Part shown: one piece after another, positions 20,418 through 31,500 of the stretch
Layout of the letters: each line of letters begins with the position of its first letter
How positions within the stretch are numbered: the stretch's first letter is position 1
Virus record (IMG/VR): IMGVR_UViG_3300046787_000316
Span: 73,365-137,364 of that record
Length of the DNA stretch: 64,000 bases
From: a virus
Reading direction: 5' to 3' (one strand)
Made by a program: the position numbers and the translations under genes
Notes under the pieces: generated by a model
Database searches by the model: none
The model's input: only the letters and a program-made list of their open reading frames with translations
What the model was told of the DNA's origin: nothing

Positions 20418-20597
20418 ATGAAATACGCAATGTTACAGATTAAAAAAGAAACCCACGAACTTCTCAAAGGATATTGCGAAGAACATGGGTTTAAAATGGG
20501 AAGTTTAGTTGAAAACTTAATTAAGAAACACGTTGGTGTTCCCAAGCCTCAATCAAATGTGTTGAAGGTTGATAAGGTTAGAAATCAATCTTACTAA
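20418..20597 (+). CDS. Ribbon-helix-helix (CopG/MetJ-like) DNA-binding protein, not in the ORF track
   Basis: Manual translation, 59 aa: MKYAMLQIKKETHELLKGYCEEHGFKMGSLVENLIKKHV...; alternating beta strand, helix, G turn, helix. Confidence 0.75.
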   Translation: MKYAMLQIKKETHELLKGYCEEHGFKMGSLVENLIKKHVGVPKPQSNVLKVDKVRNQSY

Positions 20598-23500
20598 ATC
20601 CATTCTCTTTTTTAATTTCAATTAATCCATCTACTATATCTCGCATTTGTTCTAAGTGAGAAATCATCCAAATGAAATCAAATTGAGTTTTTAAATACTG
20701 CATCATCATAAATAAAGATGATAGGTTATCACTATCTAATGTTCCAAACCCTTCATCAATTACTAAGAAGTTTGGACGAGGTAAGTTACATACATTAATA
20801 AGAGCAACTCTAATTGCCAATCCACTTACGAATTTCTCCATACCACTACACATTTCTAATGGCCATTCCTGGTCATCATAAACTATTTTGGCGTTAATTG
20901 ATTTACCATCCACATCCATCACAATTCCAAAATCAACAACTTGTCCTAAAATATTATTTACTTCATTTTCGATAACCGGCAATGCTTTGGAAATCAACTC
21001 ATAAGGAATACCATCTCTCTTCACCGCATCTAAATAATAGGTGTATAGGCGGTTCTTTTCCTCTAAATCCTTAACTTCTTCCATCTGTAACTTTATCCTC
21101 TCTATAAACGAAGATATGGAAGAAATAGAGCCATTCACTCCTGCTATCTCTTTAGTGATTTTTTTAATCTCACTTTCTATTTCACCTTTGGTTTTTTGTA
21201 ATCCTACGATTATGCTATTGATTTGAGTATTACGTTTGATTGTTTCCTCATTATCGTGATATTTTTGAATATTAGCTTTAATAGTATCTAATTGATGTTG
21301 TAATAACTCCTCCTTAGTATCAAACCCACTCATTTCAGCAACGGCAGTTTGTAACTTAGAACTAACATTAGTTACATCGGATTTCAATCTATTCCACTCA
21401 ATCCATTGAGATTCTACATCTTTAAGTTTTTCAATTTTAGAAATTAAATTACCTAAATTAGATTGCAATTCATCCAATTGAATTAACTGATGGCTAACTA
21501 TATTTTTAGTTTCTTGTGCATCTTTAACAAATACGTTATCACAACAAAACTTACAATTAGGGTCATACTCATGCTTTTCTAAATGCGAAAGTTTATCTGT
21601 ATTAGCATCTAATGAAATCTTTAACTTATCAATCAAATGAACTGATTGAGTATGCTCCGTATTTAACGTATTATAACTTTCATACACCAAATCAACCGAT
21701 TCGCCATTAAATTCTTTAATTTCACCAATTCTTTCATTTAACGAAATGATTGTATCCTTATATGATTGAATTTTTTCATTCTTATCTTTTTTCTCCGATA
21801 ATATGTGTAAGATATCTCTACCAATAGAATTCTGTTGTTTAGTTAAACTATCTAAATCCAAATTACCATCCATAGGAGTAAGTTCTGCACTCAATCCAAC
21901 AATACGATTGCTTAAATCGGTTACATCTTCATTTCTGTTTGCTAATGTTTTTTCTAAATCTTTTAAAACCGATTTATATGATTTCAATTCATTAGCTTTA
22001 GTAGCTAATTCCGTTGTGAAATCCGTTTTCTTAAAATTCTTAATTAAAACACTCACTTCTTTAATATCATCGGTAGCAGTTTCATATAATTTATCAAAGA
22101 TATTCAATCCCATAAATTGTGCTAACAAATCCTTACGTTCTGATTGAGATTTATCAATGAATAATGCGTTATTACCTTGTAGAGATAATGCCGTTAATAC
22201 AAAATCTTCATATTTACCAACATATTGTTCTATAATAGTGTTCGTATCACGTCTTTCTGTTCCATTTAACGATGTTTTGGTATCGCCATCTTGTCTCCAA
22301 AATTGTACATCAACTTTAACATTCTTTCCTTTGTTAATTGTTTTGGCAGTTCTCTCAATATGATAATCTAACCCATCGATTTGAAAATGTAAATGACAAG
22401 AGAAATCCGTTTTACGATTATTTAAAATATTAGCCGCTTTATAAGCTCTACTGCTCTTATCGTATAAACAAAAAGATACTGCATCAAATAATGATGATTT
22501 ACCTGCGGCATTTGGTGCAAATAATCCAACCAATCCACCTAATTTGGTAAAATCAATTTTATTATCCTCACCATAACTAAACATATTAGAAAACTCAAAA
22601 CGTATTGGTTTCCATTGTATGTTACGTTGTACATCATCTTGTACTATCCTACTATTAATATCTCTATTAATCATTTCCAATCCTTTCAAATCTTCGGGAA
22701 CTACAAATGGCATCATTCTCTCAACATACTCATTTATAAGTGAGTTTTGATAATTGATATCTGAAATATCTTCGAAGTCCAATTTGTTTAATCGGTTTCC
22801 CGTTTTAGATTTAGAAAGAGAATCGGTTCTAATAATTGTGAAATCATCTACACCATATCTCATTTTAATTTCAGCCATTACTCGTTTAGTATCAGCCGTA
22901 TCAGTATTAGATAAACGAACTCTTAAACGAGGTTTCCTTGGCATATTCGTTACAATTGGAACTTTTCCATTATCGATATCCATAGTATAATATCCATAAT
23001 CATTATCGATATCAACTGCCTCATAACTCATAGTATCCAAATCCCAAACTAAGAAACCATGCTTATCTAAAGATTCGCCAAAGTTTTGCTGAACTAATGA
23101 ACCAGCATAAACTACCTTACATCCTTTTGGAGAAATCATTTCTTGTCTTTTATGAATATCACCCAATAGGGCTAAATCATATCCATCAAACATATCGGTT
23201 GTAAAGTGTCGAGATGAAACTACATATCCAATATCTGTCATCGAATTATCAACCGGGCCGTGAAACAATGCAATCTTTTTGTTTCCAAACATTGTATCTG
23301 CTTTAGGCCAATTCTCTTTAGTATCGAATATACTGAACACCCCGAAGTCTACACCACCAATCGAATATACTTGAGTATCTCTTAGGTAAGTAAAGTTTGG
23401 TAAGTTCAATGCTTCAACGATTGGAGTAAGAACATCCAATCTATCGGAGTTATTCATATTACAATCGTGATTACCCGTAATAAGGATAGTTTCGCATAAT

Positions 23501-23721
23501 TTCGAGCATTCCGTAAATAACCAACTAATCTCTCTCACTAATTCGGGAGAAAGTTCCAACTTAGCATGGGCAATATCACCTGCTAAATAAATGATTGAAT
23601 CTTCTACTCCTCTTGAACGGATTTCATCAAACATTTTTTCAAACACTTGTCTATACTCATTATGTCTTTTGACATTCCGAATATGTACGTCTGCAATGTG
23701 GTAAATCTTTTTTAAACTCAT
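20578..23721 (-). CDS. SbcD/Mre11 nuclease-SbcC/Rad50 ATPase fusion (T4 gp47-gp46-like)
   Basis: HIADVH, AGDI, GNHD, LGDIH phosphoesterase motifs; Walker A APNAAGKS, coiled coil with CKFC hook, CSGMEK signature, Walker B VIDEGFGTLD. Confidence 0.92.
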   Translation of the reverse strand: MSLKKIYHIADVHIRNVKRHNEYRQVFEKMFDEIRSRGVEDSIIYLAGDIAHAKLELSPELVREISWLFTECSKLCETILITGNHDCNMNNSDRLDVLTPIVEALNLPNFTYLRDTQVYSIGGVDFGVFSIFDTKENWPKADTMFGNKKIALFHGPVDNSMTDIGYVVSSRHFTTDMFDGYDLALLGDIHKRQEMISPKGCKVVYAGSLVQQNFGESLDKHGFLVWDLDTMSYEAVDIDNDYGYYTMDIDNGKVPIVTNMPRKPRLRVRLSNTDTADTKRVMAEIKMRYGVDDFTIIRTDSLSKSKTGNRLNKLDFEDISDINYQNSLINEYVERMMPFVVPEDLKGLEMINRDINSRIVQDDVQRNIQWKPIRFEFSNMFSYGEDNKIDFTKLGGLVGLFAPNAAGKSSLFDAVSFCLYDKSSRAYKAANILNNRKTDFSCHLHFQIDGLDYHIERTAKTINKGKNVKVDVQFWRQDGDTKTSLNGTERRDTNTIIEQYVGKYEDFVLTALSLQGNNALFIDKSQSERKDLLAQFMGLNIFDKLYETATDDIKEVSVLIKNFKKTDFTTELATKANELKSYKSVLKDLEKTLANRNEDVTDLSNRIVGLSAELTPMDGNLDLDSLTKQQNSIGRDILHILSEKKDKNEKIQSYKDTIISLNERIGEIKEFNGESVDLVYESYNTLNTEHTQSVHLIDKLKISLDANTDKLSHLEKHEYDPNCKFCCDNVFVKDAQETKNIVSHQLIQLDELQSNLGNLISKIEKLKDVESQWIEWNRLKSDVTNVSSKLQTAVAEMSGFDTKEELLQHQLDTIKANIQKYHDNEETIKRNTQINSIIVGLQKTKGEIESEIKKITKEIAGVNGSISSISSFIERIKLQMEEVKDLEEKNRLYTYYLDAVKRDGIPYELISKALPVIENEVNNILGQVVDFGIVMDVDGKSINAKIVYDDQEWPLEMCSGMEKFVSGLAIRVALINVCNLPRPNFLVIDEGFGTLDSDNLSSLFMMMQYLKTQFDFIWMISHLEQMRDIVDGLIEIKKENGFSKIDF

Positions 23722-24659
23722 AAATTTTTAATCTTATTTAATAATAACTCTTCTGGAGAAAACGTATTTGCTTTCCCCAACTCTTCGTAAAATTTGGAAT
23801 ACCCCATATCAGCCGCATCTTTATCTTTAAGATACATCATAGTTACGTTAATTCCTTGTTTACGAAAGTATTCACCTGCTTTAAGTGCTTCGTTAATTGC
23901 ATCGTTATCTAATGAAATAACAATATCGGTAACTCCGCTCATAAAGATTTTTTGTACTAATTCTCTTGAAGGAAACTTTCCTAACAATGGAATAGCATTT
24001 CTTTTAATTGTAATAGCATCAAAAACTCCTTCACAAAGTATAATTGGTTCATTCCAATTGATTTGCGATTCCAAACAAATTACATTTTTACTGATTGGTG
24101 GATTCTTATACTTCATCTTTTCTTCCGGGTAATAGGAACGAGAAACAAAATAGTTTAACGAACCATCCGAAGTGTAGGATGGAATAATAACTCTTCTACT
24201 ATATAATCCTTCTTTACAATATCCAATATTATACTTAATGATTTCTTTTTTAGTAATGCCCCTCTCATTTAGATAATGGATAGCATGTCTGTATTCGGGA
24301 TTAAATCCTTTAGGTTCATCGCTAAGAGAAATAAATTCTTTTGGAAGTTGGATAAACACCTTTGTATCGGCATCTTCCGTTAATGGGTTGTAATTTGAAT
24401 CACCATAGATATCTCTAATGATACCTATCGTTTTTCTATCTACATCTAATTTCTTTAATAACGATGTTAATTTCTTACCACCACTATTACAAGTCCAACA
24501 ATGCCATTTTTGAGTTTCGGTATTTACTTGGAGCTTTTGCTTAGCATGATTGCAGAATGGACAGTAAAAAGCTAACTCATTACCCTTCAAAGAAGAGTAA
24601 CTACCCAACGCATTAGATAGCGTAGATATTACGATATTTTTGTCTGTAATTTTCAACAC
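23718..24659 (-). CDS. DNA primase (zinc finger + TOPRIM)
   Basis: CPFCNH...WHCWTC; ILCEGVFDA, ISLDNDA, KDAADM; GTG start. Confidence 0.88.
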   Translation of the reverse strand: MLKITDKNIVISTLSNALGSYSSLKGNELAFYCPFCNHAKQKLQVNTETQKWHCWTCNSGGKKLTSLLKKLDVDRKTIGIIRDIYGDSNYNPLTEDADTKVFIQLPKEFISLSDEPKGFNPEYRHAIHYLNERGITKKEIIKYNIGYCKEGLYSRRVIIPSYTSDGSLNYFVSRSYYPEEKMKYKNPPISKNVICLESQINWNEPIILCEGVFDAITIKRNAIPLLGKFPSRELVQKIFMSGVTDIVISLDNDAINEALKAGEYFRKQGINVTMMYLKDKDAADMGYSKFYEELGKANTFSPEELLLNKIKNL

Positions 24660-24663
24660 AGAA

Positions 24664-24695
24664 CAAATATACGAATTTTATTTGGTTAATCCAAA
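24664..24695 (-). promoter_or_regulatory. Bacteroidota-type sigma70 promoter (TTTG-N20-TATATTTG)
   Basis: Plus caaatata 24664-24671 and caaa 24692-24695. Confidence 0.85.
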
Positions 24696-24696
24696 T

Positions 24697-25104
24697 TTAT
24701 TCGAACCAATTTTCGGGAATATGTTTATCTGCGTATTTGAAACCATTCTTATCACACCAATCGGCATAAGATGTTTTAGATGCTTTACTGATTTTATTCT
24801 TTGAGTTTGAGAATACAAATCGTATATCCAATTCAGGGTTATGTTCCCTAACTAATAGATGTTTTTTTCTATCTGCCGCAAGAAACCTTCCTTTAGTTTC
24901 TACGAAAATACCATTAGGTAACTTAAAGTCAGGATTATAAGTATGTTTAGAAGCAGGTATAACATATACCAATTTTTCGGTTTCATACTCCACTTTAATT
25001 CCTTTACTTTCGATTTGAGTTGAAATGTTCTCCTCAAGACCTGACTTAAACCCATATTTTCTGGCAACCCATCCACTTGATTTTTTTGTAACTTTTTTAG
25101 CCAT
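24697..25104 (-). CDS. T7 endonuclease I-like Holliday junction resolvase
   Basis: FKSGLEE, YNPDF.LPNGIFVETKGRF, IRFVFSNSK.KISK.SKTSYADWCDKNGF; start reset to MAKKVTKK (ATG 25102-25104). Confidence 0.9.
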   Translation of the reverse strand: MAKKVTKKSSGWVARKYGFKSGLEENISTQIESKGIKVEYETEKLVYVIPASKHTYNPDFKLPNGIFVETKGRFLAADRKKHLLVREHNPELDIRFVFSNSKNKISKASKTSYADWCDKNGFKYADKHIPENWFE

Positions 25105-25108
25105 TAAA

Positions 25109-25315
25109 TTATTTTTTTGTATCTGAATATTTCTTTTCAGAAATTGAACCACCTCTACCAACTTTGAATTTATCAGCAGTTAAGATTTGGTCATCTGCCT
25201 TTTTTAAATCGTTTGTAGTATATGGTGTTTTTGCATTATCACCAGCAGTATAGCTGATTTTATCAACACCTAATGATTTTTGTGCTGCTTTGTATAAATC
25301 TAAAATCTTTGACAT
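25109..25315 (-). CDS. Small hypothetical late protein
   Basis: 68-aa ORF preceded by the ATATTTAT motif at 25334-25341. Confidence 0.6.
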   Translation of the reverse strand: MSKILDLYKAAQKSLGVDKISYTAGDNAKTPYTTNDLKKADDQILTADKFKVGRGGSISEKKYSDTKK

Positions 25316-25333
25316 AGTTTCTTTTGTTTAGTA

Positions 25334-25341
25334 ATAAATAT
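25334..25341 (-). promoter_or_regulatory. Putative late promoter ATATTTAT
   Basis: Plus ATAAATAT, 18 nt upstream of the start at 25315. Confidence 0.55.
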
Positions 25342-25344
25342 TAA

Positions 25345-26562
25345 TTATGTATCAAAACGTACAATAAAGTTTATAGGAATATCTGGTTCTGATTTAATAG
25401 GTTGTGGTAACTTAGCAACTGCTACTAAATCACAATTATCATCATATAATCCAATAGTTGTAATAAATGGTGCCAAGAAAGAACCAACCGTATCTATTGA
25501 GCCACTTAAATCATAATGTTCGAATCCTGCAAAAACACTTTCACTAACCGATGATGTATATCTATAATCCAATACCTGCCCATCATCCATTATAGATTTT
25601 TTACGAATATATTTAGTAGGTTGCTCACTCCAAACACGTCTACTAATCCCATCGGAATCAATAAATGTAGAATACTTACCGCCAACTTGTGTTATAGCCG
25701 TTGGATTTTGTGATATATTGAATTCATCTTGATTTGAAATCAAAAGATATTCATGTTCGTATATAGTTTGAGTTGATTTATAGGTCAAATCCCAATCACC
25801 TATTAAATGTGTTTCAACTTCCCTATTAATAGTTACCAATCCTTGTTGATAAAATACATTACCTAATTTTATACCATTTGCTTCCGCAGGTAAGAATGGG
25901 AAGTTATCAACAATCATTTGTTGAGTTTCCATATCAAACTTATCTATTCGAATAGCAGTATCGCCTCTATACTCTATATCTCTATATGTAAATTCAATTG
26001 TTTGATTTTCAATATCCACAAAAAATAAATTATTATCAAGTATAATAGTATATTCATTTTCAACGGTATCTTCGAATCTAAAATTTAATGCCGATGCTGA
26101 TGGTTCGTTTTCAAGATTAATAATCGTTACAAAGACTTGGTCGCGTGGGTCGTATAAGTTACCATAACCATCATCAAAGTAAGTACCAAGCGTACTATCA
26201 TCAACCAATTGTAGTGATGTTTTCTTTATACCCTCTCCTACATATTTTAAAGGAATTGATATTACTTTAGCAGAACCACTTAAATATCGTTCTTTAGCTT
26301 TAGTTTCCGGAATATATAAATTTGTTTTTACTCCTGAACGTATAAACGGATTATCTTCTTGCCCATTATAGAATTGAGCTCTTAGTTGACCGAATACCGA
26401 TTTATATGGTACAATTGAGCCATCGTTTAACGTATTATTATTGGATATGTTATCATTGGCATATAATATAGAAATATCAGTAGATGCTTCATTGAAAGCC
26501 CACTCCTTATACGCCTTAAATGGACGAACGCTAATATCCGATTTTGGAATTCTTTTTAACAT
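25345..26562 (-). CDS. Baseplate/tail structural protein
   Basis: C-terminal ITTIGLYDD..DLVAVAKLPQP resembles tail-collar/fibre-attachment domains; late motif upstream. Confidence 0.55.
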   Translation of the reverse strand: MLKRIPKSDISVRPFKAYKEWAFNEASTDISILYANDNISNNNTLNDGSIVPYKSVFGQLRAQFYNGQEDNPFIRSGVKTNLYIPETKAKERYLSGSAKVISIPLKYVGEGIKKTSLQLVDDSTLGTYFDDGYGNLYDPRDQVFVTIINLENEPSASALNFRFEDTVENEYTIILDNNLFFVDIENQTIEFTYRDIEYRGDTAIRIDKFDMETQQMIVDNFPFLPAEANGIKLGNVFYQQGLVTINREVETHLIGDWDLTYKSTQTIYEHEYLLISNQDEFNISQNPTAITQVGGKYSTFIDSDGISRRVWSEQPTKYIRKKSIMDDGQVLDYRYTSSVSESVFAGFEHYDLSGSIDTVGSFLAPFITTIGLYDDNCDLVAVAKLPQPIKSEPDIPINFIVRFDT

Positions 26563-26569
26563 ATCCTAT

Positions 26570-26577
26570 ATAAATAT
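26570..26577 (-). promoter_or_regulatory. Putative late promoter ATATTTAT
   Basis: Plus ATAAATAT 7 nt upstream of the start at 26562, just after a terminator. Confidence 0.55.
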
Positions 26578-26585
26578 CGGTTAAA

Positions 26586-26610
26586 CTAAAAACCCACCAA
26601 TTAGGTGGGT
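26586..26610 (-). terminator. Rho-independent terminator
   Basis: Minus strand ACCCACC-taatt-GGTGGGT followed by TTTTAG, after the 26635-27885 stop. Confidence 0.8.
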
Positions 26611-26634
26611 CTAAAGTTTATTAGTTACTCTCTA

Positions 26635-27885
26635 TTAAAAATCTAACTTTACTTTTATTGCTACTTCCTTATCGAATGATTTTTCGATTGGTTTAGATAC
26701 TTTCGCCACTGCTAATAATTCATTTGCATCATCATACAAACCTACCGATGTAATATAAACCTTAGGGTCTTTTTCAAATGTAGATTGAACAAATGCACCA
26801 ACTGAACCAGTTACGAATGTTGGGTTGTTTGAGAAATTGAATTCTCTATTGTTTGCTCTTACAAAATAATGTGAAGTTGAAACATTTTCAGTTCTTCTCA
26901 TTTGTAAATCGGCTCCACCAGCGATTGCTTTAAGTAATGCTACCGAACCTGAATTGTAAGAATAAGTTGAACCACTCAATGCGTTGTTATGGTAAACATC
27001 TTTTTGAGAACCATTAGCTGCTGCTAATTTAGTATCAACTGCTGCATATAATGCGTTTGGATTTAATAAGATAACTCCCATATCTGGATAGAATAATCCA
27101 AATCCTTGTCCGTTTGATGCGGTTGGAGATGCGATTGTTCCTTCGTTTGCGCTACCAATATTTAATGCTCCACTAACTACATTGAATACTCTACCACTTG
27201 CACCAACTGCTTCGGTTTGACCCGAATCATCGATTAAAGTAATAGTACCCAATGAACCAGAAAGTGTAAGTTGGAAGTTACCTGGGTCTAATTGTTCTTT
27301 ATATCTCGCTCTGTTGATGTTGATTGCGTAGAATGATGTTAAATCGTGTCCTGCGGCAGTTGAGCCGGTATATACACTAAAATTAGTATCAGCTGCATCT
27401 AACAACATATTACGGAATTGAGAATAAACTGCTTTAGTTTGAACCCCTGAATTATCACTTTGAGTGTAAGTAGGTGCACCATATCCATTTATATCTCCGT
27501 ATGCCAATGAGAACTGAACTTCAGCTGCATCCGATGATGGTGTTAGGTTATACACATCTAAGTAATATTTACCACTCACATCTGCTAATTGCGTAGATGA
27601 AGTGAAAAATGAACTTAATGAACCTGTATCACCACTCCAAATACCCGAAGTTACGATTTCTGTTCTGTTAGTTACTTTATCGATGGCGCCAAATTTCTTA
27701 TAAATACCATTTGTAACGGTAGTTATATCTGAACTGATTTGCTCACCTTGTCCTAAAAATTGGTTTACGATATTCACCAATTCGGTTGTATCGACAGGAG
27801 TTCCAGCAGTATTTGCCGCTGAAGCTAAGTATTGTGATAAATTACTTGCTAAAAGTGCTCCTCTATTATCTCTTATTAATGCCAT
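26635..27885 (-). CDS. Baseplate/tail structural protein (C-terminal domain paralogous to 25345-26562)
   Basis: YITSVGLYDDANELLAVAKVSKP. Confidence 0.55.
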   Translation of the reverse strand: MALIRDNRGALLASNLSQYLASAANTAGTPVDTTELVNIVNQFLGQGEQISSDITTVTNGIYKKFGAIDKVTNRTEIVTSGIWSGDTGSLSSFFTSSTQLADVSGKYYLDVYNLTPSSDAAEVQFSLAYGDINGYGAPTYTQSDNSGVQTKAVYSQFRNMLLDAADTNFSVYTGSTAAGHDLTSFYAININRARYKEQLDPGNFQLTLSGSLGTITLIDDSGQTEAVGASGRVFNVVSGALNIGSANEGTIASPTASNGQGFGLFYPDMGVILLNPNALYAAVDTKLAAANGSQKDVYHNNALSGSTYSYNSGSVALLKAIAGGADLQMRRTENVSTSHYFVRANNREFNFSNNPTFVTGSVGAFVQSTFEKDPKVYITSVGLYDDANELLAVAKVSKPIEKSFDKEVAIKVKLDF

Positions 27886-27893
27886 AGTTTAAA

Positions 27894-28517
27894 TTATTGA
27901 ACGTATGTTACGGTTACCGGAATTGTTTGTGAACCACCCGTTTCATTACCATACACAGTTATAGTTGTTCTGATAGATGAAGTTAATGATGGGTTTGGAA
28001 TAAATTTGAATGTCAATCCTTTTGCAACAGCTGCAGTTGCAGAAACATCATCACCAATAAATACTGGCACTGTCCCTACATCAGAAGTTACACCTTCTCC
28101 AATAATATCTCCTGCGTTTTTATTAGATAATACGATTGTATATCCTAAACGTCTGTTTCCGGCTGGAGATGTCGTTGGTGATAAAGATACTTCACCACTA
28201 TTTTGATTAACTGCTACATTTGGAATACCAAATTCTACAACCGGAATACGAGTTGTATTTTTAGGTAATGTTACCAATTTGTATTTCATTACTTGTGTTT
28301 CATCAGGCGATGCTTCTAAAACCGGCATATTTTTAATAGCCGCATCATAGTAAGCTGACCCCAATGGATGAGCTGGTTCATATAGAGAGTAGTCAATCTC
28401 ATCATCTGCTAATGCAAATTGAGTAATGTTTAACCCTTGCCCAGCTGCTAATTTCTCTCTACCCTTTTTAGTAAGAATAGCATCTACTGTTAATTCAGTA
28501 TTACTTAAATATCCCAT
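27894..28517 (-). CDS. Baseplate/tail-collar-like structural protein
   Basis: LTKKGREKLAAG..LNITQFALADDE resembles the N-terminus of tail-collar fibre domains. Confidence 0.5.
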   Translation of the reverse strand: MGYLSNTELTVDAILTKKGREKLAAGQGLNITQFALADDEIDYSLYEPAHPLGSAYYDAAIKNMPVLEASPDETQVMKYKLVTLPKNTTRIPVVEFGIPNVAVNQNSGEVSLSPTTSPAGNRRLGYTIVLSNKNAGDIIGEGVTSDVGTVPVFIGDDVSATAAVAKGLTFKFIPNPSLTSSIRTTITVYGNETGGSQTIPVTVTYVQ

Positions 28518-28538
28518 AGTATTGTATTATCTTTGTTT

Positions 28539-28546
28539 ATAAATAT
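28539..28546 (-). promoter_or_regulatory. Putative late promoter ATATTTAT
   Basis: Plus ATAAATAT 21 nt upstream of the start at 28517. Confidence 0.55.
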
Positions 28547-28564
28547 AATTATTTTTAAAATCCG

Positions 28565-31500
28565 TTATTCTACTTCCAAAATTGGTTCAGATGAATCTCT
28601 ACCTGCTTTGTTTACTTTCAACGTATTAGGGTTTGTTGTAAACACTTCTACCGGAGATGAGCCATCTAAAGTAGTTGCCGCAGTATTTTTAGAACCCTTA
28701 AAGAATGAATTTTCCATTCCTCGTGTCAAATCGGATGTATTTCTAAAATGTGTTTTTAAATACCCATTTACAGGTACTACCGAAATAATATTGTTCTTAA
28801 CAATTGGAGCAACCGAATTAGCGAATGGTTGAATATTCAATGTTGTTTCTGTATAAACCGATGATGTTAATACACTACCACCTCTTTCATCACCCAATCC
28901 AGTTAACGATGATGTTACTGCGTATTTAACTATTTGTCTAGTCTTTTGTTCGGTTATCAAATTAACTCTAACTCTCTCCTTTATAACACTACCATCTGTT
29001 CCAAAATAAGTTCTAATGGCAGAACCACTTTGTGCATAAATACCAAATCCAATATTTTCTAATACCGATTGACCTGCTATTGTATTACTATTTACTAAAT
29101 CAATTTCACTTAATATAGTAGGTTCGCCTAAGCCGGAACTAATTGTAGTTTCTTTTTGATAAACATCCGATGATAATATCAAATCATCATTGGCACCAAT
29201 TAATGAATCATATTGATAATTCATAGCCGTTAAATTATTAGATAAATTGGCTTCAACTAATGATTCATACTGATTATTTTCACCAGATATACTATCGGAT
29301 AAATCGGCGTTTACAATCATTTCATATTGATTGTTTTCCATTTGTATTACCGTAGTATCCGAAAACTTTATATTAGTTTCTTTCTGATATTCTTCTCCCG
29401 TTGGCTTATTCAATTGAACTTTACTTCTTTCTAAGAAATGCGGCTCAATTAAAAGACCCGTAGTTGCTTTAACTCTAGCTGGCAACATCTTCTTAATATC
29501 TTCAAACATTGATTTCTCATAAAGTTTGATTAAGTTGATGTATGAATAAATATCTCTACCATCAAATCTTTCGAAGTAATAACTTCTCAAATCATCTAAT
29601 TGTTTGTAATTAGATTTATATGCATCGGATGGGTCACCAATATAGTTATCCAAATTAATTCCACCAAATGATTTGGCGATATCAATATTTAATTCTTTTG
29701 TTGGTGAGAAAAATAATCCCACTCTATTTGAATCGGTTGGAGATTGGTCAAACGCTTTCTTAGTAGCTCTACCTTTAGATGATAAATCTGAAATTAATGT
29801 TTGCGATTCCATTCTAACTTTATTCGTAGAATATCTACCAGCTCCTAAATCGGGTATTTCCAATACAACACTTCTATCAATAGCTTCGAATTGATACGGA
29901 TAATCTGTTATAGATGTAAATCCAAACGCAGATGCTGAATATGATGCCGATGGGTTTGTTGATAATATTGTATCTCCACCTACCAAAGAACCACTTTCTA
30001 AATCATTTCTATATAAAGATGATGAATAGTGTATATTCGCATCCACATTTAACAATGATTGAGAAACTGATAAATTCTTAGGGTATTCAAAATCTAAACG
30101 GAAATATAAATCATCGGTAGATGCTGAAACGTGATTTCCATTAATCATCTCCGGAAATGAAACGTGTTCAAAGAAACGTTCTTTTTCCAATGGGGTTGAC
30201 CATAAACGGAATTCATCCAAACTACCAACGTATGTTCCACCAACCTTTAATTCAGTAGGAGTTTCCCAATCCGAATTTGTATTAACTACACTAGCAGTCG
30301 TTGTGTTTTGGAATATAGTTCTTTCTTTATTAGCCTGTCTTACATTTAATTCAAAATTATGATAACTACCACTTACTTCTCTTGATATCTCTACACCAAA
30401 GAAATTACCATTGAATATAGGTAATATTGATGATGTAAAATTACTAGAGCCATAATTGAACTCCAAATATCCAAACGGATTATCAGCATCATTAGATGAT
30501 GTGTGTAAATTTAAACTAACCGAACTACCATTCAATGAAAGTAATGTAGATGATTGTCTACCCAATGGTTTAACAAATACCTCTATTGTATCAGGTCGTC
30601 TATTTCGCTCGGTATCTCTCCAATCAGTTGTAATATATGAACCACTAACCATTTTAAGAGCGGTAGTAATGTTATCCATCACTAACTTAGTCTTAGTAGT
30701 TTCGGTTACTTCTGGTCCTCCAAATTCTAAAATAGAAAGATTAGATGATGGGATACCATAGCAACTCAATAGTGCGTAAACTCCTCTTCGAGTTCCTTTA
30801 TGTTTTAATAAGTAAGGTAAGTTATTTATAATTCTTCTCCAAACTTCGTATGTTCTTTGTTTGGCTGGGTTTAATTCAGTTTCACCATTTTGATTACCAA
30901 ATACATAAGACCACAATGCTTTATCTGCTGCCAGATTTTGAGCATCCCATCCAAATGATTTAAGTGCATCAAATAATAATTTATCCGAAATACCATCTTT
31001 CGATTGGTATCCTAATCCTCTACTCTTTTCAATTGCTTTGGTATGGAAATAGATATTATCAAAATGTTGACCAATCATTGAAAAGAATAATAGTAAACTG
31101 GCATTCTCCTCATTGTTAACAATATATTGTGGTATATTGTTTTGAACCCAATTCATATTATTAGAATCATAGATAGTAGCATCCTCTAATATAATGTTAT
31201 ACCAATCGGCAACACTATTATCATTCGATGATACTCTATTACTTCCGTTATAAGGCCAAGACATTGAAGATGATGTGTATAAGAATTTCTCAAATCCATC
31301 AAATCCAGTTATCAATTGATTTTTCTTAGATAATTGTCTTTCACTCTCTTGTTGCGATACAAGTGATGATGTATAAAATGCTTGCTCCTCACCGGTATAA
31401 TCGGTAGATGCGCTTAATATTAATTGCTCATAACTTTCAATTAATTGAACTTTATAAACGAAATTATCCAATCTTTCTTTTGCCGAACTGAAATGTACGA

